63,759 nucleotides of DNA, filler included, from Octopus bimaculoides (GCF_001194135.2; 8 parts of 8 records of this genome joined end to end with filler, not necessarily neighbours in it); one strand, 5' to 3'; shown: positions 52,261 through 63,759, counted from the first letter of the whole stretch. Translations and numbers: made by a program. The notes: a model not told the origin generated them from the sequence alone.

Positions 52261-52656
52261 TCTTTGTGAATATTTGAAAATTTACACATTTCTTAAATTT
52301 TAGAGTTTCTCAAGTTTCCATTTTCAAGTCAATATTAAAACTACTTAAGAGGGTTGATAGAATTCATTTTTTGTATTGATATAGACCTGGCGGGAATGAA
52401 AATGTAAAATTTAGATGGACTTTGTTTTGCTATTTACTACAGTGAAGATTTTATTATTTGACAAAGTCATTTTGTTTTAAAATGTTTTGGTTTGCAAATT
52501 GGATTACTGCCTGAGGTTTGTTCTCTACATCTCATCAAATAAACTACTTATGGATTCTTTAATAGGCCCGAGCGACCATATCTGGTCTAGACAGTAAATT
52601 TATTAAAACAAAATCATCTGATACTCTAATAAAAAGCAAGATGTCTATCTTCTTAC

Positions 52657-52693
52657 CACAATTCTTTTCATCGGTGCCATCTTCACAGTCAAT
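52657..52693 (-). CDS. Partial exon: C-terminal part of an LDLa repeat (5' part lost in the gap)
   Basis: IDCEDGTDEKNC followed by G|GTAAGA, a phase-1 donor. Confidence 0.9.
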
Positions 52694-53041
52694 NNNNNNN
52701 NNNNNNNNNNNNNNNNNNNNNNNNNNNNNNNNNNNNNNNNNNNNNNNNNNNNNNNNNNNNNNNNNNNNNNNNNNNNNNNNNNNNNNNNNNNNNCTTTTAT
52801 CTTTTACTTGTTTCAGTCATTAGACCATGGCCATGCTGGGGCACTGCCTTCAGGAATTTTAATCGAACTGATTAACACCAGTACTTATTTTTTTTTAAGC
52901 TTAGTACTTATTCTATCGATATCTTTTCCTGAATTGCTAAGTTACAGTGGTTGTCATGTAGTAGCGAGGGACAAACACACACACATGCATATATATATAT
53001 ATATATAAAATCAAAATAAGCAACAAAGATATCCAAAGTTA

Positions 53042-53131
53042 ATGCAGTACGATCGTTTCATACAACTCCATTTATTTAAGCAATGTGAACATTACATTAA
53101 ATGTAAAATGCAGAGCAATCCTCAGCTGCAC
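53042..53131 (-). ncRNA. Type I hammerhead ribozyme with long stem II
   Basis: Minus strand GTGCAG-CTGAGGA-TTGCTCTGCATTT...AAATGGAGTTGTAT-GAA-ACGATCGT-A-CTGCAT: 5-bp stem I TGCAG/CTGCA, intact core, perfect palindromic stem III, GUA triplet. Stem II is imperfect. Confidence 0.75.
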
Positions 53132-53686
53132 AAAGATATAGAAATTTACTGAAATTTCATTTCAACAGACGGACATATTTTTGTAACTACATTTAAACTC
53201 TCCAAGTAAAAAGGAGGTATACAAAAAACCATTTTGACTTAGCCAGACCATACAAGCTAGTAATTAATTTTAAGCAGATTTTTAACTGTCACTGATTATA
53301 TTTGTTTCTTTGTTTCATCTTATCAGACCTAGTGATTCAAAGCTTAAGAAGGCACCAGCCTTTTCCTTATAGGGAAAGGGGTAAACAATATACATGGATG
53401 ATATGGTTATAAAGATTTTTGGGGTTTAGTAACAAACTACTATAGGTTGTGGGGTTTTCTCTACTAGCAGACCAGTTTATAATGGAGCAGGGGAAGTTTA
53501 AATAAGGCAGCTAGGTCAAAAGTATGTAAAATAAAGTTGCTATATGTGTATAGGTATCCTTGTTGCTTGTTTTGATTTTAATCACCTTATTTTGGAATTG
53601 CATGAATAATACCATACTTTATTCTGGTGCCTAAACTTAAGTACCATATTCACCTTGAATCTAAATTTATATATATATATATATAA

Positions 53687-54451
53687 AAGAGCAAAATTTG
53701 GTTAATTGTTCCTTATGGAGTTCAAGTTAAAACAAACATTATTAAAGAGATTTTAAATATAATTGAGGTATTCATTAGAGATAATAAAAAATATATTAAC
53801 ATTCTTTCTAGTAATAATTTTGGAGTTGGTTATTCTACTAATAATAATGTTGGTAACATTATTTCTTCTTTTAATAAATCTAAGCTGAATAAGTTTTACA
53901 AACAGAAATCAAATAATTATTCCGATAATAATAATGTAGATCAGAATATAATTAATTGTACATGTAGAGATAACACTAAATGTAAATTTAATAATAACTG
54001 TAATTTGGAGGATGTAGTATATAAATGTGTAATGACTTTGATTGATGATAATAATAGGAATGCTTATAATTTAAATACTATTTACATAGGATCGACTTCT
54101 AATAAAATTAAATTACGGGTGGTTTTACGTATGAATTCTTTTAAGAATAGAAATTTAATTAATTCTACTGGACTTAGTAAATATAGATGGAAACTAAAAT
54201 CTAAAAATATTAAGTATAATTTAAATTGGGAGATAGTTTGTAAGGCAAAATCTTATCGAATAGGTAGTAATTTTTGTTTAATATGTACTAATGAATTTAA
54301 GGAGATATTATTAACTGATAATAAAAAATTGATTATTTCCCTAGATGAACGAAAAATTAAATGCAGACATAAGTTAAATTACTTATATATAAGTTTAGCT
54401 AATTTGTGTGTGTGTGTATATATATATATAAACCCTATTTTATATTACTAA
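53687..54451 (+). mobile_element. 5'-truncated Penelope-like element; uninterrupted ~254-codon frame (linker + Cys motif + GIY-YIG endonuclease)
   Basis: Open frame from KSKIWLIVPYGVQVKTNIIKEIL through GYSTNNNVGNIISSFNKSKL, NCTCRDNTKCKFNNNCNLEDVVY, IYIGST, STGLSKYRWKLK and CLICTNE to KCRH. Starts right after a (TA)n. Confidence 0.9.
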
Positions 54452-54452
54452 T

Positions 54453-54608
54453 TGTTGTAGTTATAATTTGTAGTAATAAAATGTGTATAAATTAGCACGA
54501 GATTATATAGGATATATTACATATTTAGAATGTTGTAGTTATAATTTGTAGTAGTAAAATGTATATAAATTAGCACGAGATTATATAGGATATATTACAC
54601 ATTTAGAA
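54453..54608. repeat. 78-bp tandem duplication in the PLE 3' region
   Basis: TGTTGTAGTTATAATTTG...ATTTAGAA at 54453-54530 and 54531-54608, with three differences. Confidence 0.9.
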
Positions 54609-55064
54609 TAAGATTAAACTAATATGTTTATAAAATAAATAAATATATTAATGAAAATAGATTAAATTATAGAAATTTAGCTTAATTTATGTATTCTATG
54701 TATTTTTGTTTTAAATTATTTCGACTTTAAAATTTTCCAGTAAATGCTATACTACAGTTAATTCTTTCTTATTCTCACAGCTAAAATACATTTTGTCATT
54801 TTAACAGCTTAAATACACATGTCTATCTATTTATTCTATAAGTTTTTATTTACACCATATTTTCACACGATATATTTCTCATAAACGCTAAGTTTTACGT
54901 TGAAAGTTCTAGCTTAACAGAAATTCTTCGATAAGATAAGTTTTGGTTTCATTTTAAGTAATATTGTTAAATGTCTTTCGATTATTTATTTTTTTATTGT
55001 TAAAACAAGTATTTTTTATATATATTTATTTGATATTTATTATAAGTTAAGATACATATTTTGA

Positions 55065-55150
<86 letters not shown>

Positions 55151-55674
55151 TTAGACCCGAAGAGTGACTATNNNNNNNNNNNNNNNNNNNNNNNNNNNNN
55201 NNNNNNNNNNNNNNNNNNNNNNNNNNNNNNNNNNNNNNNNNNNNNNNNNNNNNNNNNNNNNNNNNNNNNNNNNNNNNNNNNNNNNNNNNNNNNNNNNNNN
55301 NNNNNNNNNNNNNNNNNNNNNNNNNNNNNNNNNNNNNNNNNNNNNNNNNNNNNNNNNNNNNNNNNNNNNNNNNNNNNNNNNNNNNNNNNNNNNNNNNNNN
55401 NNNNNNNNNNNNNNNNNNNNNNNNNNNNNNNNNNNNNNNNNNNNNNNNNNNNNNNNNNNNNNNNNNNNNNNNNNNNNNNNNNNNNNNNNNNNNNNNNNNN
55501 NNNNNNNNNNNNNNNNNNNNNNNNNNNNNNNNNNNNNNNNNNNNNNNNNNNNNNNNNNNNNNNNNNNNNNNNNNNNNNNNNNNNNNNNNNNNNNNNNNNN
55601 NNNNNNNNNNNNNNNNNNNNNNNNNNNNNNNNNNNNNNNNNNNNNNNNNNNNNNNNNNNNNNNNNNNNNNNNNN

Positions 55675-55749
<75 letters not shown>

Positions 55750-55754
55750 CATAT

Positions 55755-55905
55755 TCAACAGGCTTTCAGTTTCTGTGTACCAAATTCACTCACAAGGCTT
55801 TTGTCTGCCTGAGACTATAGGAGAAGACACTTGCTCAAGGTAGGACTGAACCCAGAACCATGTAGTTGGGAAGCAAACATCTTACTACACAGCCACACCT
55901 GCACC
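55755..55905 (-). mobile_element. SINE head (GTGGCTGTGTGGTAAG family)
   Basis: GGCTTTCAGTTTCTG...GAAGACACTTGCTCAAGG...ACCATGTAGTTGGGAAGC...CACAGCCAC. Confidence 0.7.
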
Positions 55906-56963
55906 TATATTCATTAAGTTTAACACAATTTAAATGCCCTAATATTTGCATTACATTACATCCAGCTATGTCAACATATTTGAATTTTGAAATATGAGTA
56001 TGGCATCTGTTCTGATTAAACATATAAAACTAGTTATTGTTACAAAATTGTGGCCTACAAAATTGTGGCCTCCCTTCTGTACCAACATGGCTCCAACAGC
56101 GAATGGTAGCAGTAGGGAAACTGCAGATCAGCCCAGCAAGCCAACTTACCCAGAGAATTTATGCACTGCTGGGTGTCTTCAAAACACACATCTTGTGGAA
56201 TGTAGTTCTTTGTTAATTAGTTTCAGACTGACTGACTTCTATTTACCACTCCCCTACACATGGAGACTAGCTCTTCTTATATACTTGTGCATTCATCTAG
56301 AATCTTCTAAAGAGTCATGTTACATTGTAACTTTTAGAACTTTATTCTGAACCAATTAGCTTCCTAGTTGCTCAGTAAGTCATACTCCCTATACACCTGA
56401 CCTATGAGACATGTCATTTATCATGGAACTTTCTCTGATACTCTAACATGATGCAATATTATAGAGTGATTAGACAGGAAACTAAACAATATTACATAAT
56501 TATTACTCAGAAAACTAAACACCTTCACCAATTTACCAGAGAAAGTCATAGTTAATACAAACAGAACTTATTCTCTCCTTCATAACAATATGGTCACACT
56601 ACAACAAATAGAAAGTCATCAAAACAAACATTGCATATTTTGAAACTGCTCACTACTGTCTGGTGCATTTCCCACTCTACGTGTATTTTGGTACGTAAAC
56701 ATTTAGTAGAAACACATGGTACTTGTGTAACTACCTAGGAATTAAAAGCATAGATTTTCAAATTTGTTGTTGTTTTTGCTTAACTTCAGTTCTGATTGAG
56801 CAAATCTATGATGAAAGCTGTTCTGAATGTGATCATTGATCAAGATTATGTAAATAAAAATCNNNNNNNNNNNNNNNNNNNNNNNNNNNNNNNNNNNNNN
56901 NNNNNNNNNNNNNNNNNNNNNNNNNNNNNNNNNNNNNNNNNNNNNNNNNNNNNNNNNNNNNNN

Positions 56964-57126
56964 AGATGATATGAAATATTTCCATTTGAGTCCCACTGAT
57001 TTAAAATAACTGAGAAATTCCCAGTTAGTGCAGGAGATGTAGTAAACTTGATATTCACACATGAATCTGCCAATGTTTCCACGGGTGTTAGCATTTTCCC
57101 CTTTGTTCTTATAATCTGCATACTAC
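56964..57126 (-). CDS. Exon encoding the central part of a MAM-like domain (3' end in the gap)
   Basis: Acceptor TTCTTTGATTTACAG|GT AGT ATG, phase 1, in register with the upstream exon. Encodes GSMQIIRTKGKMLTPVETLADSCVNIKFTTSPALTGNFSVILNQWDSNG, resembling the MAM L.SP...C..F...G.L.V pattern. Confidence 0.75.
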
Positions 57127-57860
57127 CTGTAAATCAAAGAATATTAACAGAAATATTAGCAGAATTACTGAATTGCAAAACAAACAATTGAATGGGTGAA
57201 AAGTTAGAGTTTCTATCTTTTCTTCAAAAATAAGTCAGTATTTGTTGAAACATTAGCAATTAAATTTACTGTTTCTTCCAACAAATAAAAATTTCCAAAT
57301 TCCAAACAGAAAGTTGAAGATATAAGAAACACATGTTTTCCTTCCATCAAATGGACCGTTTCTTATGTTAGCTTTTTCTGACAATGCATAGATGAGAGAC
57401 GAATGTTTCTCTAGATAGGATGCTGTCAGTTACAAGTAAACTTTCCCTTATGATAAGCTGAGCCATACAGTCCAGCAAATTAGTTATACAAATCATTTTT
57501 CCAAAGCAGCCATTAACAGGCTATATTCTTCTGCAACACATCCATATATCGTATTTGCCAGCATATAAGATGTACTCCTTCTAAATGAGTATATAGTTTG
57601 GAAAAAACAAATTTAACATGTTTCATCATGCACTTATATACCATCTGTTACCAAAAGCCAAGACACAGTGTGCCCCATAGTGGGAGTGAACTTGGAGTCT
57701 TATAACTGAGAATCCAACTTCTGATACAGTTGGCCATGTATCCATAAAATCCAGATGGGGACAGCAGAAAATACTGCAGGCATTAAACATCATCTAGGAT
57801 GCAAGATGATGCAAGGAATACTTAAGTGAAAGAGAGAATGAGGAAAAAGATCATAAAATG

Positions 57861-57894
<34 letters not shown>

Positions 57895-57951
57895 GAGAGA
57901 GAGAGAAAGAGAGAGAGAGAAAGAGAGAGAGAGAAAGAGAGAGAGAGAGAA

Positions 57952-57996
<45 letters not shown>

Positions 57997-58056
57997 TAGA
58001 AAGGAGAATGTAAAAGACAATGTTTATGCTGAAAGTTAAGTGACTACTATACTTAC

Positions 58057-58164
58057 CAGGAGCATTAATTAAACTAGTATCATTATCTAATGCCAGTCGC
58101 CATCCATTAATTATTTTATAACCACAGTAGTATTTTGATGAGAAATCACAGTCAATTGAGTTAC
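58057..58164 (-). CDS. Exon encoding the N-terminal part of a MAM domain
   Basis: 108-bp phase 1-1 exon, TTTTTTGCCTTACTAG|...|GTAAGT. Encodes GNSIDCDFSSKYYCGYKIINGWRLALDNDTSLINAP (CDF...CG...W motif). Confidence 0.85.
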
Positions 58165-58559
58165 CTAGTAAGGCAAAAAATATTATAAATTGAAGCAATA
58201 AATCAATTGATCGATAATGATGACGATAAGGATGTTAGTAGTTTAAATGACCTTCCTAATCCCAGTGATTATATAATTTGAACAGAATCCCACACCATTC
58301 TCCTTCTAAGAAGAGCATGAATACAGCATGGGATGACAGTTATGTTGCATTTTCATCATGAATGAAAATACAATGACGGGATTCAGACAAAATATTTTGC
58401 AGTATATAGTTACATCCATTTACATCCTGAATTCAAAATTCTGTGGTGGGAATCAGTTTGATCTCTCATTCTAACTTACTTGAAAAAATAAAGTACCAGA
58501 CAAGATTTAATCAACTGTTCTTTATCCCCAAAATTTAGTGGGGCCATCCAATGCTATTC

Positions 58560-58925
58560 ATCATCATCGTCATCATCGTCATTTAATGTCCACTTTCCAT
58601 GCTGGCATGGGTTCAACATAAGATAAAATATAATGGTGGCAAATGGGATGGGCACAAGGCAAATTGTATTGTAAATATCGGTCTCTTTTGCTGAATTGCT
58701 ATGTTTCAGGGACGTGAACACACAAACATCTGTTGTCAAGCAATGGTAGGGTGACAAACACAGGACAGGCTTCTTTCAGTTTCTGTCTAACCTAATCCAC
58801 TTACAAGGCTATGTTCAACCTGAAGCTATAGTAGAAGACACTGGCCCATGGTATTAAGCAGTGGGACTGAACCTGGAACCATGTGGTTTGAAATCAAGCA
58901 TCTTACCACACAGCCATGCCTGCAC
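58560..58925 (-). mobile_element. Composite SINE (head plus tail modules), degenerate
   Basis: Head 58765-58925, tail 58620-58760, (TGA)n end. Confidence 0.65.
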
Positions 58926-58938
58926 CTATATATACATA

Positions 58939-59064
<126 letters not shown>

Positions 59065-59095
59065 ATCAAAATAAGCAACAGGATATCCAGTGGTG

Positions 59096-59183
59096 ATGCA
59101 GTATGACCGTTTCAAGTGGCTCCATTTAATTGAACAATGCAATCATTACATCAATTTAAATGCAGGGTTATCCTCTCCTGCAT
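59096..59183 (-). ncRNA. Degenerate paralogue of the 53042-53131 hammerhead
   Basis: ATGCAG-GAGAGGA...CTGCATTT...AAATGGAG...GAAACGGTCATA-CTGCAT. The core is mutated. Flanking sequence is shared with about 53005-53200. Confidence 0.55.
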
Positions 59184-59333
59184 AAATAAATAAATAGAAT
59201 TTATTTAATCAGTTGGACACATTTGTATAATTTTACTCAAATCCTCTAAGAAGACAGACAGATATATATATATGTCTATCTATCTATCTATCTATCTATA
59301 TATATTATATATGTATTATATATACATATTATA

Positions 59334-59374
<41 letters not shown>

Positions 59375-60479
59375 CAAGTAAAAATAAATACAAAAAAAGG
59401 GGTTTTGTATGATTGTGTATAGAGGAATATATTATTTTGTTTAAAAGAGTTCCAACACTGTCTGTTTTTTATGTTTTATTTATATTCCTGCAAAACCAAT
59501 GTGGGATATAGAATATGGAATATACAATATATAATATAATATACAATATATAATATAAAATAAAAATGGATGGTACAATTTAATCCTTTATATTGAACAC
59601 TCAATATTTCATCTATTNNNNNNNNNNNNNNNNNNNNNNNNNNNNNNNNNNNNNNNNNNNNTTAATTAATTAANNNNNNNNNNNNNNNNNNNNNNNNNNN
59701 NNNNNNNNNNNNNNNNNATATATATATATATATGCCTATATATATATACGGGTGTGTATGTGTGTTACTGTGTGCGCGCATGTTTGTATATCTCGATTAA
59801 ATGCTAACAATTGTACATATATAGAAATGCACACACGCATACTCGCACGCGCACACACATACACACATAGACACACACACACACGCACACACACACGCTG
59901 ACAACAATGAATTGCGAACACATGAAAAGTAACGCATAACATACACAATCAAGCACACATCCACACAAAATCGTTATGGAAAGATTACGCAAGCTCCTTT
60001 CCACCAAAAGCAGTGCTAGTTAGCTTCAAAGCTTTTGGTTGTTGTGTTAAATGGTGTCACTTATATAATGGAAATGCGAAATAACCGTCAAATCCGTTAA
60101 GATAAAACGTGCCTTATTTCCTTTTCTTTTGGTTTTTTCGTATTTACACATATCCGCAATTTTTCCCAGCCACTTGTTGTTTCGCTATTGCTTACGGTAT
60201 GGTAAAATGTCAAGGCAACCCATATACGTATGTAATAGTACAAGACTGGATTTAGTTTACGTGACTATCCTTACACATGGTCGTGAATTTTGGGTGATGA
60301 CCAAAAGACTATGGTCACGAATTCATGCAGCATTACTGGCGTTCTTCCTAACGATGTTTAGCGTAAAGCTTCTCGAAAGAGTGCAGACTCGGGGACTAGG
60401 GAGTCTCTTTATGTTGAGTACTTAATTCTACGCATTGAGTCGCTACTTCTACGCTCTAGTATTTTGGAATGTCGCAGGA

Positions 60480-61305
60480 AAGAATCGCAAGACAGATTTT
60501 TAAGGCAATCCAAATGGTAGGACCTTGCGGTAGACCTTGCGGTAGACCTTGCGGTAGACCAAGGGTGTGCGTGAATTTCTGAGTGCACATATGGGCACAC
60601 CTTATCGCACACGCATTACCGCACATCCACCGGCACACATATTACTGCAAATACATTACCGCACATCCGCGGGAACCGCAGTGCGCGCGCACAGAAATGC
60701 GCATACATAGAATAGCGCACATACAGAAATGAGCGCACAGAATAATGCATGGACGCAGAATAATGCGCGTACACAGAATTGTGCGCACACAGAAATGCGC
60801 GCACATAGAAATGCGCGCACGTAGAATTGTGCGCAAACAGTAATGTGCGCATAGAGAAACGCAGGCGCAAGGAAATGTGCGTACACAAATTGGGCGCACA
60901 CAAAATGCGCGTACAAAGAAATGTGCACACATAGAATTGCACGCAGAGGGAAATGTGTGCACAGAGAAATGCGCACACACAGGATTGCGCGCACAGAGAA
61001 ATAGTTTCATTCTAAAACCTGCGCACAGGGAAATGACAGCGCATACATATCCAATAACGCAGATCCTCGGATAGATATATTTGTTCTCAAACAGGCCCAC
61101 GCATACACTCATCTGAGCACACACACCCGAAGCACAAATATATTTGCGCACAAAACATCTGCGCACACACAGAATTGAGCGTGCACACAGAAATCTGTGC
61201 ACACAGAATTGCGCGCTCATAGATTTGGTATAGAAAGTTGCACAAACAGCAGAACGGGGCACCACTGCATAGCGCCAACGATCTCTCTCCACATCGCCGT
61301 CAAAA
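60480..61305. repeat. GC-rich tract with a 12-bp repeat (GGTAGACCTTGC, about 3.5 copies) and a ~16-bp minisatellite (GCGCACACAGAAAT-like)
   Basis: Directly visible periodicity at 60516-60560 and about 60680-61250. Confidence 0.85.
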
Positions 61306-61406
61306 NNNNNNNNNNNNNNNNNNNNNNNNNNNNNNNNNNNNNNNNNNNNTTAATTAATTAANNNNNNNNNNNNNNNNNNNNNNNNNNNNNNNNNNNNNNN
61401 NNNNNT

Positions 61407-62130
61407 CACTTTTATTTCATCATTTTTTACTGGTAGAGAAAGAGCTGGTTTCTAACCTAAATCCAAGTCTTCTTCATCGAAATTTAAACAATATCAACAG
61501 GGTATTTTTGTATGTATGCATGTGAAAATGTGAAAATTTGTGTTTTATTTTATATATGTATTTTCATGCATGTAGTTGCATGTCTAGACATGTTCATATC
61601 TACTTAAATGATAAACTTGTGGAAAGTTTTACAGATTGTCACAGTTCCAAGGATCTGTAGTCTTGGAATCAGCTTTCTCCTTTCTGATTTTGAGAAGCGT
61701 AATTTCTGAGGATTGGTATTTAGGTAGTGTGTTACATAGCCCAGTACCCCAATAACCCAGTAATTACAGGTATAAACCTGATCTTGTAATCTGGATAGAG
61801 TAGCTGTAGATTCCTCGTACGTATTTTCTTTTTCGCTGGTCTTTAGCTTTATGTTAACATTCCTTGATTTCCACAATTGTACAGTTTCTCTTCTCTATTC
61901 CAAATTACTATGTCAGATCTTATATGTTTCATTTTATTAAGGTTTTCACTGGGACATTCCACCAATACTTTTTATTATGAGTGGCTAGGGCTTCTACCAT
62001 ACTGTAGGTTCTTATTTCTTTGGTTTCGGGGTTATCCTTCCGACGGATCTCATCATACAGTGTCCTAGCTACATGTCTCATCGGTAGATAATACTGTGAT
62101 GACAGTTTAGGTGTTCCGAGGACTGGTGTT
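61407..62130 (-). mobile_element. 3' end of an RLE-endonuclease non-LTR retrotransposon (R4/NeSL-type)
   Basis: Minus strand PKLSSQYYLPMRHVARTLYDEIRRKDNP...KYWWNVPVKTL..HIRSDIVIWNREEKL...KTSEKENTY...IGVLGYV...LQILGTVTICKTF: remnant of the PD-(D/E)xK domain, followed by a 3'UTR. Confidence 0.85.
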
Positions 62131-62870
62131 GGAGTTTGCGTTTCTTCGAGGAGGTGATTATGGATCCCAAACTAGGTGTGGGGGAGTAGGAGATTTTCAC
62201 GAGTAATTTGTTAAAGATGGGATAGAATTTATGCTGTGGTGGAAAATTAGATTTTAGGATTTTAAAGAAGAGTTTAAGTAGAGATTTAACTTGAAGAGAG
62301 AAAGGTGGTGCGAACCATAATATTTCCCGCTTCCTGGCCTTAGAATGTTTAGAGTGTGTGGTTGTAGTGGGTTGATCAGGATGGGGGACATGTAGTTGTA
62401 ATAGGCTCGCGGTGACCAGTGGGATGGCCGAGTGTGATGTGTAGAGCTTTTTTTTTTGAAAGTTGTTGGATTGGTGTAGAGTGGAAGTAGTATCCGTAGA
62501 TTCAGGGTTAGTATTGAGAAAGAGATGTACTATTTTAGCTTTAAGCTAGTATTGGGGATGTTATAGATTTTTTGGCGGAAGCCGCTTATTTGGAGAGCCT
62601 GATTATAATAAGGGCGTGAGTGTTAAACATTATTTCGTTAGCAGATAAGTTAAAGATTCTGATAGATATGCCTGTGACTACGCTATTAAGGGTAAGTTTA
62701 GGGTGATTAGAGTGGACATTTATAAATTGTAAAGATTGATTGGGTTTATGGAAAGGGTGATATAGATTCGTGTTTAAGTCGAGATTAACGTCTAAGAAAT
62801 TGGCTACCTTAGTGTCAAATTCGAATGAAATACTCAGGTTATACAAACTAACATAATGGTTACCATTCAC
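62128..62870 (-). mobile_element. Penelope-like RT thumb and linker fragment
   Basis: ANFLDVNLDLNTNLYHPFHKPNQSLQFINVHSNHP, later RKREILWFAPPFS and FYPIFNKLLVKISYS...GSIITSSKKRKL, with frameshifts. Confidence 0.9.
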
Positions 62871-63310
62871 ATACTACCTAAACCATCCTTCTCTCTTCCT
62901 TCCACCTTCCACTTCTACTACTATCACTAGCCTCATTAATAACCCCTAACCCTGTAATTTTTTCTCCTCCCACTGCTCTCTATCTAACAACTTCCCAACT
63001 CCTCCTAATACACTTAGTTCTCCACAAAATCATTCTGTCTATAATCTCCTTCCTATCAACACCTCAAATGAAAAATTCTTCCCTGAAGACGGAGGCTGGT
63101 GTTATCCGATGATGGAATCAACTACTGCTATCTCTGCTTGCAATATATATCGGGTGCAGACTGCATCGACTATTAACTGGAGGTTTCTTCGGAACAGCCT
63201 GCAGTCTGAAGGACAAATACTCGATAAAAATCACGAGTAGTGGTTGAGATGACCAAAACTTTCTAAATTTAATTAACCACAGTGATGAATCTTTGATTAT
63301 ATTAATTATT
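62871..63310 (+). mobile_element. Probable inverted pLTR-like segment attached to the PLE 5' truncation
   Basis: Strand skew flips at about 62870 (C-rich on plus). Contains decayed CTGAAGA-CGGA...TCCG and TACTCG/CGAGTA hairpins. Confidence 0.4.
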
Positions 63311-63415
63311 TTTTTAAAAATCATGTGTACTTATGTATGTGTGGTGTGTGTATGTGTGCACAAATATGAACATGTACATATATAGATGTCTTTGAGTGTG
63401 TGCTTTTATATTGCT

Positions 63416-63735
63416 GAGACCCACTTTGGTCATGACTGACCAAGGGATTGCAGCTACAAAGTTACCATCCCAGGCACAAGTTCGGGAAAGGTTGTTTATG
63501 GAAGACCAGCATACCGGCCTCCCCTCTCCAGGCCACCAGTGTTATCCAAGGGAAAGGCAAAGGCCGATACAGCTTGACACCTGTGACGTCGCAACTCATT
63601 TCTACAACTGAGGGAACTCCAGCATGAAATAAAGTGTCCTGCTCAAGAACACAACACGCAGCCCGGTCCGAGATTCGAACTCACAATCTCACGATCGTAA
63701 GCTCGACGCTCTAACCACTGAGCCATGCGCCTTCA
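63416..63735 (-). mobile_element. Near full-length tRNA-derived SINE (CTTGAGCA domain family)
   Basis: Head GCGCATGGCTCAGTGGTTAGAGCG...GAGTTCGAATCTC with A and B boxes. Body shared with 27349-27616. Confidence 0.88.
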
Positions 63736-63759
63736 CTGTTTATATATATGTGTGTATAT

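Noticed and set aside
53687-54451. Selenocysteine (in-frame TGA) recoding as reported for some PLEs
   Set aside because: All conserved Cys codons here are TGT/TGC, and there is no in-frame TGA in this copy or in 495-701.
56148-56215. Minus-strand GG|GTAAGT donor between the MAM and LDLa exons
   Set aside because: The open frame is closed by a stop a few codons upstream, with no good acceptor and no MAM motif.
58165-58198. Apparent signal peptide MLQFIIFFALL before the MAM exon
   Set aside because: It starts at TTG and coincides with the polypyrimidine tract and AG acceptor, so it is intronic.
60480-61305. CRISPR-like array
   Set aside because: The units are contiguous and degenerate with no unique spacers, in a eukaryotic context with no cas genes.

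Overview
AT-rich, gap-ridden eukaryotic genomic DNA dominated by microsatellites, tRNA-derived SINEs and decayed transposons. The repeat families and composition look like an octopod (Octopus-like) genome; this is inference. The only well-supported host gene is on the minus strand: four phase-1 exons (58164-58057, 57126 into a gap, a gap to 52657, and 49430-49320) encoding a divergent MAM domain followed by at least two LDL-receptor class A repeats. Mobile DNA includes two internally deleted Tc1/mariner elements, several Penelope-like element (PLE) fragments, an RLE-endonuclease LINE 3' end, an RTE-like LINE 3' end, two candidate solo LTRs and several TIR elements. The most notable hidden signal is a set of minimal type I hammerhead ribozyme (HHR) motifs, with at least four near-canonical and several degenerate copies. 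The best one lies in a ~350-bp unit arranged in tandem and inverted at 18941-19803. A diverged relative at ~1265-1505 shows compensatory stem changes. This fits a non-coding, retrozyme-like retroelement family. Most long ORFs in the supplied track are artefacts of N gaps or simple repeats.
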